A DNA stretch of 64,000 nucleotides, from NCBI GenBank assembly GCA_050084515.1, contig CM114271.1:46500001-46564000 (forward strand), read 5' to 3'. Origin of the DNA: Blasia pusilla. Its lineage: Eukaryota. Made by a program: the position numbers and the translations under genes. The notes beneath the pieces are model-generated. The model was not told the DNA's origin. It searched no databases and saw nothing but the letters and a program-made list of their open reading frames with translations. This document shows, one piece after another, positions 13,601 to 27,236 of the stretch. The first letter of the stretch is position 1, and each line of letters begins with the position of its first letter.

Positions 13601-15015
13601 GAGCCTCTGAGGTTTAAAGTATACATATTTATCTCTCATCATCAAGGGGAAAGCCAGTGCAGTCTTCACGAAACAAACCATTGTCAGGTCTAGGGTTATG
13701 ATGGAGATCTCGCAGAAAAACCAAAGCAGTGCACAGACTGCCCAAGGATACTCCTCTCGACAAACCTGCGCACAAAGAGAAAGAGATTCAGCGCACAAAG
13801 ATGAAGGAGCTAGAAATGGACATACAAAGTTTACAGACATGGGACGATTGACCAAACATTGCAATGTCTGGTAGTACAGCAATCTGATTAGCCCTCACTC
13901 CCTGCAAGTAAGGACTACTTGGGACGGCCACATCTTCTATTCAGTCTGATTGGATTTCATCCACATGTTCACGTAACTCCCAAAACAAGTGCCTTAGATT
14001 GCAAACAAGGATTTCAGTCTGACAGAAGGGAATCGTCCCTACTAGGATATCCAGTCATGACATCCAGGTGCTACCCATAACTGAGATACGTGTAACAGAT
14101 ACTGAAATGGAAATACCATAACCGATGGACAAGCTGTATATTCTTTGTAAAAATAGGGCACAATAACATCCATGACATCCATTGGGATCGTACGGATTTA
14201 GGGAAAATATCTGAAGAATCACACTAGTCCAAGTCATTATCGTTACTTTAATCACTGGAACTCAACATTTTCTACTAGAAAAAATCTTGGCAATTTCAGA
14301 CACATTCAAGGAGAAAAACCAGTTTCCAATCAAACATGTAGAAAAACATGGAGAGCTTTCCAGAACTCAACATGAAAAAAGGACCTACGATCAAAAAAAT
14401 CAGTTGATCATACAAAATACAGTAAAGTTCGCCAGTGCCGTAGGTTCAATCCTTCAAACACACGTTTGCTCGAAAGATCAATTGGTGTTTTTCACTAAAA
14501 TGTTAGAATCAGACATGCCACTGTGCTGCCTTTAATCAGACATTCTCGCCCTAAAAATGCAGACGTGGAACACAGGACTAGTAACTGCAGAACCTCTCCT
14601 CCCCATCGCTAATTGAGTCTCAAGAGGAACAATGTAATGGCATGTAGGGAGTTAAAAGAAGATAGATGGCTTGAAAGACGGCTATCGCACCTAGCAATAT
14701 GATTGTGGCACGGGAGAACATGACACTGGGTGCATTCGAACCCGTAACAAAAGTAAGTTACGCCCAAACCATCTGAGCCACCTTGAAAGGAAGAATAAAA
14801 GACTCTACCTGGGCCAGATGTTTCTCTGTAGTCACTCCAAGTCGAGCTGACAAGGTTTGGAAAAGAATTGCGACCAGGTTTGAAAGAACCACCACCCACA
14901 TCAACTCATAGCCGAAACGTGAACCTCCTTCTATGACAGTGGCCCAATTCCCGGGGTCCATAAACCCTACGGCTACCAGGAATGCTGGGCCGATGAAAGG
15001 TAGTAACGTCCCCAT
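7653..15015 (-). CDS. EIN2: ETHYLENE INSENSITIVE 2 (NRAMP-like membrane domain + CEND), 7 coding exons: 15015-14809, 13765-13679, 13275-13165, 13032-12820, 12305(or 12308)-12120, 11448-8620, 8183-7653; ~1387 aa
   Basis: NRAMP motifs ([34 protein letters not shown]) and EIN2-specific CEND motifs ([18 protein letters not shown]...[90 protein letters not shown]). All introns are GT-AG and all exons join in phase 0. Confidence 0.97.
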
Positions 15016-17799
15016 ATTAGACGCGCCTTGGTCCCTAACCTTGACCTCGTCGTATTATCCTTCCGGCCGGACCAAGGGCTCTGAAAATTCGCCAATCCAG
15101 GATCAGTCTGACGACTGCGGATGTATCAACGTCGTGAGACAGAATCCTGCGGTGATATGGACATGCGGAAGTAGTCGGCTGTTTAGTCCTAGCTTGAATG
15201 GAGTTCTGAGGTGGTCACACTCTAAACATTGATAAATCTGATCTGCTGTTGTGAGCCTTGGACAGTTTAATAGCAACCCCACCGAAGCACCTTATTTCCT
15301 GCGGGTGATCGAGTATAACATCGTTTCGACGAATACACCATAGACCCCTTCAGTTTTCGTCTAATCCAAGAACGATCACGGATAAACGCACCCTTGGAAA
15401 CGGGCTGCTTTGACCAGCCTTCAAAGTCTCCGCTATAATATCTGAACCTGTCAACGCTCGCTTGTCACGTGACGAATACTCTCCTGAGCTTGTTGGAGAT
15501 TGCACGCGCTGTCTGATATGAATGTGCTCAGTTTCTAGAATCATGAAGAGCACGTCAAACAGAACGATTTGCCAGAGCAAAACCGTCAAATCCGAGATCG
15601 GTGCACGAAATTGAATGGTGAAACAGTTTCAAAGAAAGAATGTCCCATTGCACCTATGCCGACCTTTGCGAGAAGTTGGACGTTCGAGAAAGTCCGGCGC
15701 GTAGACCTGATCGGGGCAAACACGGCAGCTCAAAAGTTAGTGAAATACCAGAAGCAAGCGACTGGAGATTCACTCGTTCGCACAGCTCTTGAACCAACCA
15801 GGACCTAGCACATCACCTCGTATGAGCCTTTTCTGAGGTTCACACAGGCGTCCTCCGACAATGGCAGCCAGGAGAATGAAGACAACCAGAACTCAGCACG
15901 CACAACGAGCACCTTCGACATTTTCACCAGCTATCCTTCGGATGAAAAGTATTCAGGTGGGGGACACCGAGGCAAGGCAGAAGAAGGGGGGAGGGAAAAC
16001 TCGAAACTGCAGTCAGCATCGAATCAGAGCCGATGTATGGAAGTCATCACAAGAGCAGAGGCCGCGGACACCAGCTATCACCTACAGACCTAGGGAAAGC
16101 AACCAGTGGAGGGAAATTGGGATTACGTTTCACAAGCTCAGAAGTAAGTTGGCCGGGGAATGGCTGGTCATGTCAACACGATGCAGCCGTCCGATTTCTC
16201 CGCCATCGGCCACCCTCCTCATTTACCTCGCAGAAGCATCATCGCGAGAACTCGCCCCCTGCCTCAAAATTATGCTCGGGTCAATCCCCCGGTTTCTTAA
16301 CGCGGATGCGCAATCTCCCACGGGGCAGTAACGGAGACGCACGACGGCAAGGTGTGGTGGTGCTGGTGTTCGTTTATCCTTCAATGTTCACACTCGCAGA
16401 AAGAGCGATGAATCGTGGCTCTTGGTACACAAAGCCGCGAGGGCACGAGCGAAAACATAACCGTGTAAAAGGGCCCCCTCGCCGTCCGTCCTCTGTTCTT
16501 CCACTGCAAAGCGCCGCAGCCTCAACACAAAGGTCTGCGTCTCTGGGAACCAAACAGCCGGAATAGACTACTCTACGCAGCAGGAACGGCAGCTCAACGG
16601 TGCGAATACAGAAAGCGGCACCCGACGCGCGTGCGTAAGTTCCCTTAAGGCCCGGCCGCAGGCGTGTGGCGGAGGTCTTCTGGCTTCTCAAGGCACGAGC
16701 AGCGTAATGAGTGTTATTACTCCCTAAACGCAACGATTACCAACCGGCAGACCGCTCTTTACGCATCCCGCGAAAGCCCTGTCGCAATCCATCCATGGCA
16801 CTCACGGATGATTCCTATCTCCGTCCGCCTCGTCGAGAACGTGCTCTCCTTCCGACCAATAAGCTAAGGGATAACCCGAACAAAACTGGACGGAACGGAA
16901 CTAAAGCGAACAAAACAGACGAACTCTCCAGCAGCACGAACGAATCACAGCCACTGTACCTAGCTGTTTCACCCGGAGGTAGCGTCGCCGGCGAGGGTCC
17001 GCCGTTGTGGGTGGAGGGGTTGGAGCACATCGGAACCACGTAGTAACCAACTACTGCACACGAACATAACATCATCGGAGATAGCCTCGCAAGCACCGTG
17101 AGCGTCGAAGTGACGTGGCCTCGCCTTCCACTCTCGCCGCCGAGCGTGCGTGCGCGCGTACTTGCTGCTACTGCAGTACAGAACGTAGAACTCAAATCCG
17201 TCCACCCTTTCTTCGCGGGCCTATTCTCCGTCTACGATCGATGTATGTATGTATGCATGCCTCAATGTATATACACGCGATTACGCGCATCATCCATTGC
17301 CCGGAATAACCCAACCGGACGGTACCGGGCAAGGGAAGTCTGCCCTTTCCCGGTCGAATCCCGCGCGCGCCTGGCGTCGCTCTCGTCTGTCTGCAGCCGC
17401 ATCTCTCTCCCGTCATTTCCCGGACCGTCCGTGCCCTCCGCGACCCGCGGCTCCTTCCGCGACGACTCGTCACCCGTTTTCCCCCACCCGCGCATGCATC
17501 CGTGGGCGCTGATTCCCCCGTCTCTATCCCGCGTTCTTATCCTTTCTCGCCACTCACTCGCTCTTTCACGGTGTGACCTTTCGGAGTCGGCTGACTTTTA
17601 CCCCTTCGTAACTCATGTCAACGAAGGGGTAAATTTACGAAGGGATAAATATATACTATATTCTTACGTGGACGTTCGGGAAGATCGAATTGAACACGGT
17701 GAAAAAAATGGTTCAAAATTTATTTCGAGAGGGAGTTTTGGAATTCATTTTCTCTTTTTTAGTAAGAGGTAAGTCTACTATTTATGAAGAATTTGAACC

Positions 17800-19030
17800 A
17801 AAAGATTAAAGATTGGCCGGTCTCACCCAAAGCAAGATCATGTGTAGGGAACTCTTCACTCGTTGGATATAGGAGAAGATGTTCCTAACTTGTTTGACTA
17901 TTCATTGATTGAGACTAATGAGTTACTAATTGATGCCCTTAAGGAGGGTTTGGATGAAACAAAATCAATATTGATCAGGTTGAATATGTCTCCTAGGTCT
18001 TCTTTGCTAGTAGGTCAGAGGCGATGGTAGTTGCATCCATGGGATGTGGAGGCAGAGACGTGGCCTGATTCCGCTCTTATGAATGAGGCAGTTGCATGTG
18101 ATGACTCTGAGGAATTCATAGAACATAGACCGACAGTAGGCCCTTGTCCACGCAAAGATTCTAGTGTTGATGAAATAGAAGTTGATGACCCAATGCCAAA
18201 GGATTTGAATAGTCTTGATGCGTGGGAAAGTGATGCACAAGCCTCCTTTGATTCTAGAGTGATTGGTGAGGACTTCGTTGAAGATGCAGATAAGGATCCA
18301 TCCATAGAGACATAAACATTAGGACATGAGGTAAGGCATGTATTTAGTTCAATTTTGCAGGAATGTACTGATGGAGTTCTTCGTCGAGTTGTGCCTATTG
18401 TGACCTTTGAGGGCAGAGTATACTTCAAGTCTACTTTGGTGAGTGGTTGGGCCTTCAATCCTTTCATTTCTAAAGATAGGCTAACACGTATGTCACAGAA
18501 AACATATTACACTACATGTAGGGTAAAAGAACCAACTAATCCAAATTGCCTAACTTGTTATGTTGACATTGGAAGTGATATAGTTTTTTTGTTTGAATCT
18601 ACTGCACAAGTAGGCCCTTCTACTAGATCAAGTAAGTCAAAAAAAGAGAAAACAAAAAGAACTCAATGAGAATAGGGTAGTCCCTACAATTGAGTTTTGA
18701 TTAGGTCGCATTCTATTCATCAAACATAAATATGGTAGTCAATGGGGTAGATGTACATCTCCTATTGACATTTTGGACCGGCCTGTCCCAAAAGATGGGC
18801 AGACATGTAGTGTCTGTCAAATATTATGCAATTGGTATCGACGCTCAGGTAAAAGCAAAACCTTGTTCACATCTGATGAATGTGATGGCCAATATATTTA
18901 TATTGAAATGGTAATTTTGAATGTGATTTTGTCCATGAAGCCAAGTCTTATATCTAGGATATCTGAATTGGATAATGGTGATATACAAGTGGTCAATGAT
19001 TACATCCGCAAAGTGTCATCTTTTGCCTAG
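17800..19030 (+). pseudogene. Degenerate ORF remnant of unknown, probably transposon, origin
   Basis: Broken protein-like ORFs 18031-18315 (acidic), 18355-18669 (VVPIVTFEGRVYFKSTLVS...SKDRLTRM) and 18773-19030 in CpG-poor sequence next to the TE cluster. No family recognised. Confidence 0.3.
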
Positions 19031-19339
19031 TGATGTGCATGTTATAGTGTGAAGTAATTTTTTGAGATTATGATAGGCTAGTTTTGGGAGGGGATAGGTT
19101 AGGGGGATGACGGGTCTGGACTAGTGAGTATCTTGCTCATTTTGAGGTTCAATTCCTCATCGTCATAAGTGCCAAAGTAACTATGTTTGGCAGTGGTGGT
19201 GGATGTTGTTGATTGTGAAGACTCTTATCAAGTGCAACAACACAAGTCCGCCATGTGAAGGTAAACTTATCTTTAATTTTAAGCCCCTACTTCACAAGTT
19301 CGCCAGTCATAGAAATGCTTGGACTCGACTCAAATCTAT

Positions 19340-19806
19340 AGGGTGTGGAATTTACGCAATAGCCTCAACCTTCATATGTTGAACATCTAACCCACGTGGA
19401 TATATGGTGTGTCCCAAGTACTCTATCCGCTCCCGGAAGAACTTTCACTTGCCTAGATATAACTTCAGTCCATGTAACTGCAATCGCCGAAACACCTCCT
19501 CCAAGTGTCGCTCATGCTCCTCAACCGCGCAACTGAAGATAATAATATTATATATGTAATGCCATACAAAATCCAAGCCCAGCCAGAATCCTATCCATCA
19601 CTCTCTGGAACTCCGCAAGGGTGTTCTTCAACCCAAATAATGGTAAGAACTACCATTGATATGAAGAATCTCTCTTGAACCGATCTATCCCCCAAAATAT
19701 TGTCTTCTACTTGTCCTCCATTTTGATACGAAGCTGATGATAGCTAGCATGGAGATCTAAAGTACTAAAGATCTTTGCATGCCCAACCGTATCAAAGATC
19801 TCTTGA
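19340..19806 (-). mobile_element. RT fragment of the DNMT-Gypsy family (downstream part of copy 2)
   Basis: Reverse complement matches ~37610-38060 (EIFDTVGHAKIFSTLDL...PFGLKN...EFQRVMDRILAG). It continues the minus-strand copy that breaks off at 41083. Confidence 0.8.
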
Positions 19807-22800
19807 GAAGGTTGCGCAGTCGGCGTGGTTGTAGGGCTGACGGGGTTGAGCAAGGTAGAAGAAGTGGGCGGGCGCGGACATGGTAGAGCGGGCTTACCTT
19901 GGATTTTTCAGGGTTGAGATTTTTCTGACGACCTTCATAGTCCATTGGTAGTGGTTGTGTGTTGCGGATTGGGAGTGAGATGAGTTGTCCGCACCGATAG
20001 TTTGTGGTGGAGAGTGTTTCGACGGAGTGGTAGTGCTAGAGACACATGCACTGATGTCGACGGATAGTCCGCATCTGTTGACGGGAGGTTCGACGTGTTG
20101 GGCGAGGAGAATGTTGTGTTGCGGAGGTTGTCATATTACATGGAGGAGGGGATGTTGACAGTGCAGTAGGTTGGTGGGCGTGATCAGGTTACCCATTCGA
20201 GTCCCTTTTCCCGCACTTGTCGTGTGTGATTGAGAGTGTTGGGTATCGGGTAGTATCTGGTGCTAGGTGGGTGCAGTGATGGTGACGAGTGCAGACTCTT
20301 TTCATGTGTGGCATATGGTGGATATACGACGGTTGCCGAGTAGGGGTCGCATGTATGATCCGAGAGTGTCGCTAGGTTAGGTGAGTCAGTTGGGAGGCTC
20401 ATGGTGAGCCCCAAGTGTTGAGTGTGAGTGAGGCCGGGTGTGTCATCACAGGATTGACGTTAGCATAGGTGAGCTAGTGAGGAGTGTGGGAGACTCTCGG
20501 TGAGTCTGAGTGCTTGAGTGGATGAGACAGGGTTGTCATCACGGCATTCTTCCATGGTTTGGAAGAACGGGGTAGTGCGAGCAGTAGGAGTGGTGTGACA
20601 CGGAGTGGACTGAGATACCGAGGGGTTACGAATGAGGAGCTATCTTGACATCCATCCGTGGCTCGATCGTCATCACTGGACACCATGTCTGGTGACGAGA
20701 TCGCAGACGAAGGCAGTATCACTTGGCATGAGATGGACGACATGGGCCATAGGGGCATGCGTCGTTTCTCGGGTACAGTGGGCACCATGGACTTAGATGA
20801 TATTATCCAAGAGTTTGAAAACTTCCAAGAGATACGGACCTCGACACGGTTCAACCCTTTCATGGCATGGAAGGGTTTGTTCCAACACTTGGAGAGTCCT
20901 CTGATGGATGATTATATGGAGTTTCAATCACCATATTAGCTAGAGATTTATGCCTGGAGGATGTATTGGGCTCCAGGGTATGTGTCCATTAGTGGTCGCA
21001 AGGCATATGATGGGATCGTGAGAGGAGAGAGACCCACATCATCAGCCCGGAGACTAGATGGAGAGGAGGGCAGTGAGACAGGCGATGTGGTAGAGACCTC
21101 TGGTGGTAGAGGGCCACCTAGCTTCAGTCCCACAATGGAGTTCTTCTGACAGTTAGGGAAGAGCTACCAGGGCGTACGCACCGACAAGTTGAAGAGTATA
21201 CATGATTTTTAGCAACGATCGGGGGAGAGTCTGAGAGAGGCATTCACGCGCATGAGGAGGCTGATCATTGCTACGTATGGAGTGACTAAGGCGCAGTCAG
21301 TCCAGTATTGGTACGGGGTTCTGGACCGAGAACTACGTAGGAGAGTCCGAGATGCGGTGCTGATTCACACACCGAAGCCCACATTGAAGGTGGTCTTTGA
21401 GTTGTTTGAGCGTATTGAGCTCAACATGAGTGAGGATCAGGTAGTGACCGCTGGATTTTCTTGAGAGTCGACGGGTCCACGATCGACGGTGACCCCACAG
21501 GTGCCACATCGAGCACCAGTACCACGGGAGCGGGCCAGTGTGCCCAGAGAGCAGGCCGAGTACCGTGAGCCTATGAGGCAATAACCCGTACCTACACATG
21601 TTTCCCAGCAAGGACTGTTGTTGTCTTGTTGGACGATTGGAGGGGCCCATAGGCAGAGAGACTACACACAATATGGGAGAGGACCATGAGCGCCTCCGAT
21701 TACTCAAGAGCCACAGAGGATGGCCCCACCATAGTACCAGTGTGATTATTGCCATAGATATGGTCACACTAGGGATAGATGTTTTAACCTTCGTCCAGAG
21801 GCACGTCTAGAGGTAGGTCGAGGGTCTGGGGGCGGTAGTCTTGGAGATGGTCAAGGAGTTCTTCTTTGATGTGGTGGTAGAGAACCACCACCAGCCAGAG
21901 GAGATGGAGCAGGAGCATCAAAGTCGGCACTTCTCTCATGCATCGATCAGTTGGAGCAGAGGATTGTTGTCATAACGATGATGCACCTCAGGGAAGGCAC
22001 GGAGCCGCAAGAAGCTAGTGTGGCTCCAGCTTCTACCTCTTACCTTGACCCGGGTGAGGATCTCGCTAGTATAGGGTTTATGTGTAGTGCAGCTCAGGTT
22101 GAGGCGGCTGCAATGGTGACTAGGGGTGCTCCAAGAGGCATCGATCCGTCAAGATGTGGAGTTGAGATTGACCTACCGGAGGGTACCGATGGGCGGTAGG
22201 CCAAGCTTCCACAATCATTCATATTGTGGAAGGCACTAAACACACCATCGATGGTGCCTCGATGACCAACGGTGCCTACAGCTCGGGCAGGTACGTCGAC
22301 ATCACGAGGAGTTGGAGTGACAACTCCTATGCCGACTCGAGTGGAATCAATGTCGACCATAGTGTTGGAGGTGGCCATCAGAGTGAGTCAGAATCTGCTA
22401 TTTTCCGCCATAGAGTTGGCAATGTTGGGAGTTGGACTAGCTGAGGTGTTCTGGCTGGGAGGTGCGGTAAGAGGAGAGGAAGAGAGGAAGATAGGAGAGA
22501 GGAAACTACCTTCAACCGAAATAAATACTTTTTTTTAAGAGAGTTTCCGTTGGGTTGAAGAGAGGAAACTTTTTGTTTTAATTTTTTTGCACTTTTTTGC
22601 AGTCCCACAGTTTTTTTTTCCTCTTCCATATTTTGGCAAGCCCTCTAAGTCCGACGAGTTGCAAATTGCACAAAATTTAGAAAACTGAAAAATCAGTGGA
22701 ATCATAAGTGTGGAACCAATCACTTTTTCCATCCAAGGTATGGAAAAAATCTATCATTTGCCCCGGGCTGAATAGAGTTCAAGCTCAAAGTGAAGGTTCA

Positions 22801-22840
22801 GGAAAAATAAAAGTACAATCTAAAACCTCATTTTGCATCC

Positions 22841-25800
22841 TCAAAGTGGTTTGTTTAAAATACTTCGCACTTCTTTGAGGGACAGAATTGGTTGGTGGAT
22901 TCCTACTCCTACCTCCGACTCTCTTAAAACTACCAGCAACACATAGTACATGTGCTTACAAGGGAAATACCTTTTTCCACTTGTCTCTCTTTGGACAAAG
23001 TCATCACATGAACATGTGGGAAAGCAACAGATGTGCACCACATACACCCCTATGACACTTGAATTTACAGTGTTGTTCCTGAACCAATACATCCTTCCTA
23101 TTCCATTGCCACTCAAGACATCTTTCGTGGCGATGATCTCCATTTTTGCCTCCCGAGTTGATGCAACTCGCTTTGCTCTCTCCACCGTTGGCCTACACAT
23201 TCTGTTTCTCTTCATCCCATTTCTAGACTCAAATAGAAATAATGGATTGAGATCATCCACCTTCTCCGGGTACATGTTGACATCAATCTTGGATTGAATA
23301 CGAAATGCGAAGGTCTCTATAATGCGAACATGCTCGAACTTCCCCGCTCTACGAGTCCAAGCCGGCACTTGTAAGATTGTCCACGCCGCCTTGAGTGCGA
23401 TTCGTCACTGCGGCGATGGGCCAAATCGTGGGGTATTCCCGGAGCTCCAATGGCGCCGGATAAGACTTCCGGAAAGCGCAAGATTCATTTGGGAAAAGAA
23501 GTACTTCAATTGATCCCCGGTCCTCGTGAACGATCAAAGGTTTTGAGTCCCCAAAACCGCAAAGTGATCATCGGTCCTTGTATAGTTCTTATTTAGGAAA
23601 GTGTTGTATGCTCTCCTAATGCCATCAGATCCCGCCCCCGCAGTGGGTCCACGCCCTGGGTTGCTCCGAGATATATGCCACCGTTTTAGGTTGCAATCCA
23701 CCTCCATTACCGGAATCCCATATTGTTGAACCACCCAAAGGTGATGGATGTTGTGAACTTCCAAAGAACGGAGGGCTTTTGAAATAAAAAAATTCACTGA
23801 TTTTGGAGAAGTAACTCCATCACGGATTTGGGACAGGTCCGGGGTCCCCGAATACTTGGGCGGCGTAATTTCCTCATCCAAATCAATCACCGGATTCGTT
23901 CCTCGATGCTGCCTCTTCACCTGCATGAAGTCAAGATACTTATCTAGTCTCTACAAGTCTCGCTTTGACCGCTCTACCACCATCATCAGATGGGACGTCT
24001 TGAAACCCGCCCACAAATATCCCCACCAATGTGTACGTCTTGCTCGAGGGGAGTTCCAGCTACGCACCGGTTGAAGGCTTCCACATACATTTTTTCATCA
24101 CGAGATCTCACAGCCGCCCTGACATAGAGCTCGTAGATCGACGGCCCCCTTCCTTTTGTTATGCCTTTTGTGAGGAAGATATGGGATGCTGCAGACTGTA
24201 GCATTGCTCTTGCCTGGTCTTGTTGGCATGCCTCCCCAAGTGAAATTCGTTGGCATGCTTGTGACGACCTCTAGGAGGAATGAACACTTTCTGCTCCACT
24301 TGTGTTGGGGCAGAGGGCATTTTCATGAACGTTCAATCCCTGCAACGATGGCAATGTTAGAAGGGAACGAAAATAACTCAGCAGTCAAAGACATAAGCTA
24401 CCTGTCGGAACCAGACGGGTTGCAAGCCCGAGGCATCCCATAAACGACTCTGCGACCTGTCGGGTCCCGACCTGTTGTAACCTTAAACCCACCTACTGCA
24501 ACCCGTCGGAACCAGACGGGTTGCAAGGCCGAGGCATCCCATGAACGACTCTACGACTCGTCGGGTCCCGACGTATTCCAACCATAAACCCACCTATTGC
24601 AACCCGTCGGATTCAGACGGGTTGCAAGGCCGAGGCATCCCATGAATGACTCTGCGACCCGTCGGTTTCCGTCGGGTTGCACACTCTGGTTGCACCAAAA
24701 TTCTGGATGCAACCCGTCTGTTTCTGTCGGGTTGCATACTCGGGCAACCCGTTGGTTTCCGTCGGGTTGCACACTCGGGCAACCTGTCGATTTCCGTCGG
24801 GTTGCACACTCGGGCAACCCGTCGCATCCGACAGCTTGCTTGGTTTCTTCGGTTTGAAATCCCTATAGTTCCCACGCTTCTCAACCTGAGCTGCAACTTT
24901 ACAAACAATTCTCAGCGTGAGCTTGACAAGACAAAATACTGAACTCACCTGCCGCATGAAGTTTCCCCATTGTCTCGTACGTACTCTCCACCAACTCAAC
25001 CAAGAGCACAACTCTTTGTACTTCCCCTCAATCGCATGCTTCCTCCACCACCCATGAAGTTCTTCCTGGCATTCCATGGCGTGCTTCAACGTTTTGTTGT
25101 CCTTGCAGCCTTGGAGTAGAGTGACATGCTCTGTCCTCTTATTCTCCTTGATGCAAGATTTGGTGTACCGGGTCACAAACTGTTGCCAATGGAAAGCATC
25201 CGACCTTTCCCTCTCCGGTTGAACCTCTCCACCCCAAAACACTTCTCGGATAGCAATCCACCAAGGTTGTGCATTGTCTGCCATGAACCCATAAATTTTC
25301 GGAGGTGGCCTTTTGTTTTCCTTCACCACCTCCAATAAGAGCAACCAAAGACATCTTCAACCGCCAACGTAAATGCCTTTACTTCAGACAAATATAGTTT
25401 TGAGTCCCTTCTCCACATGGTCATAAACATGAGCACCCATTGTCAACCATCCGTTCAAAGACTCAGAGCAAATATCAAAGCTTACCCAGCTCCCGTAAAG
25501 ATCTTCCTCTTCCCTCATTCGATCTATAAGATCGAGGCCACTCGACGGACCTGTGGTTGACATTTTGAAGACATAGGTCCTGGATCCCTCGCCTCCTTGG
25601 CCCATGAACTGCCATCTCTGAATGAATGGAAATCTGGAGTTAGCCTTGATTCTGGCGATGGCATCCATTTTGGCCATCTTTCCATCCAGAACTCGTATTT
25701 GACGCAGCAAATTCCGGAAGCATTCAGGATCAGCGGAAAATGCGAGATTTTCCCAAAGTTGTTTCTCCTCAGCCACCGTGATCTCATCCTGTCCAGGGAT

Positions 25801-26958
25801 TCCAAGCAATTGTTCACAAATTTGTGATGCCGTTGTGAGTTTGATCACTCCGGGCTTTGAACCTGGAGAGTTTCTGTAGACCTCGGCAACTTTTTTCGCC
25901 ACATCCTCCTTGATGTGTCTCTGAATTGCATCGGTCACAAGATGAGTGTGGGAGCCAACATGAACTGCCAGCCTTGTGTACTCTGACGTGGAGCCCAAGT
26001 CGTGGACAATGAAAAATATGTATGCAGGACACCCTCCAACGCAGAAGGGCGATGCCTGACAATGAGGACATCGATGGCCTCCCGGCAATATGGTGGCACC
26101 GACCTTGTATGGAGTTTCTGCATTCTTGGGGGGGAATTGCGACGTATTGACTCGCCCATTGCGCTCTAGATACGGGCATGCTGGACTTCTACACTCCAAG
26201 GATCCCACGCATTGGCGGCGGGAGACAATCCAAGGACCATATGGAATTGAAGCACTAGTCCATTGAAGCCTACACCATCGATGACAATCAGACTTTCTGT
26301 CCATATCCTTCAGGCGTCCTCCATCTTTCTTTTGAGTAGGAGCAGCAAGTGGAGGCAACTCAAAAATGCAATTACCATCGTACATGGGCGGCAGCTCATC
26401 GACAAGAATGTGCTTGAACATTTTCAAGGCCAGAGACGAAAGCAAACTATTGCCTGATACTCGCAAGTGGAACGAGTAGGCGAACAGAGGGCCCGGTTGG
26501 TGTCCGACAGATCCACTGAGGTTGATAACATCCGGAAGCTCTTTAGGAAGAACAACATTGTTACGAGCATGTGAAGTTGGAGTCGAAGCCGGATCTGCTG
26601 AGCTAGGAGTTGCAAACGTAGAGCTCGGAGCATTAGGAAATTCTCGACCGTCTACTTGGGAAACAGACGAATTCAGGGGCAGGCCGTAAACTCTATATTG
26701 ACCATTTGCTAGAGGTAAGAGATTCCATACTTTACGGTCTGCAGTCACTGGCTGGACTATCTCACCTATTATGTCCTCCATACCGTCCACCCTAACATCC
26801 TTGGATACAAAGATGGTTCCAATTTGGAGAAGAAATCGAACAGAGAGAAAATTTTCATCCACTGCTATGAAAGACTCACGGGCTTGCGGTCGAATGATTT
26901 CTGATTGGGGAAGGGCCGCCAGATGACTGCCACAAGTGAGCTTCACATAATTATCCAT
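22841..26958 (-). pseudogene. MULE-type transposase (GCM/WRKY-like Zn DNA-binding domain, DDE core, SWIM finger); exons 26958-24949 and 24339-22841
   Basis: N-terminal RQCVGSLECRSPACP...CPHC...GCPAYIFFIV...VHVGSHTH (GCM/WRKY-fold-like). D1 WVSFDIC, D2 FMADNAQ, DAFHW at the CxxH position, and catalytic E in NTSGAESVH after a GT-AG intron (24948-24340). SWIM CSCDDF...PCKHMYYV. Premature stops at 25386, ~25359 and 24273, plus frameshifts in exon 2. Confidence 0.85.
24398..24840. repeat. Palindrome array A (~10 copies of the 27-bp palindrome; ~100-bp then 35-bp periodicity) in the transposase intron
   Basis: e.g. gcaacccgtcggaaccagacgggttgc at 24498, gcaacccgtcggattcagacgggttgc at 24599, and copies at 24709/24744/24779/24814. 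Confidence 0.9.
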
Positions 26959-27021
26959 TCCCAGAAATTTTGTACGGGAGGAGGGTGAGAATGAGAAAGA
27001 GAATGAGAATGAGAAATTTTA

Positions 27022-27028
27022 ATTTATA
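27022..27028 (-). promoter_or_regulatory. TATA box of the transposase gene
   Basis: TATAAAT on the minus strand followed by a ctcatt/ctc Y-patch, ~70 bp upstream of the ATG at 26958. Confidence 0.55.
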
Positions 27029-27236
27029 GTGAATAGGAAAACAGATACTCCTGACAGATTTTTATTGACAAGATGAAGTTCAGTAGGTGACATTGTCTAA
27101 CACAATGGATCCAATTCTGTTGCAATGTGTTACCGGATTTGGGAAGCAGAGACGTGGGTTGCGAAGCACACTTCATTTTGTTGGAACACGTCGAAGTCCT
27201 AGTAACTCAACAATTAACCCAAGCTAAGCGAAGCCT

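Noticed and set aside
15861-17772. Long overlapping ORFs (up to 224 aa) upstream of EIN2
   Set aside because: Arg/Ser/Pro-rich, on both strands, no recognisable domain; expected in a GC-rich promoter/leader.
24551-24942. Overlapping repetitive ORFs (ATRRKPTG..., CNPTETDG...), also at 27260-27874 and 29593-29969
   Set aside because: Products of the GC-rich palindrome arrays in introns and promoter, not genes.
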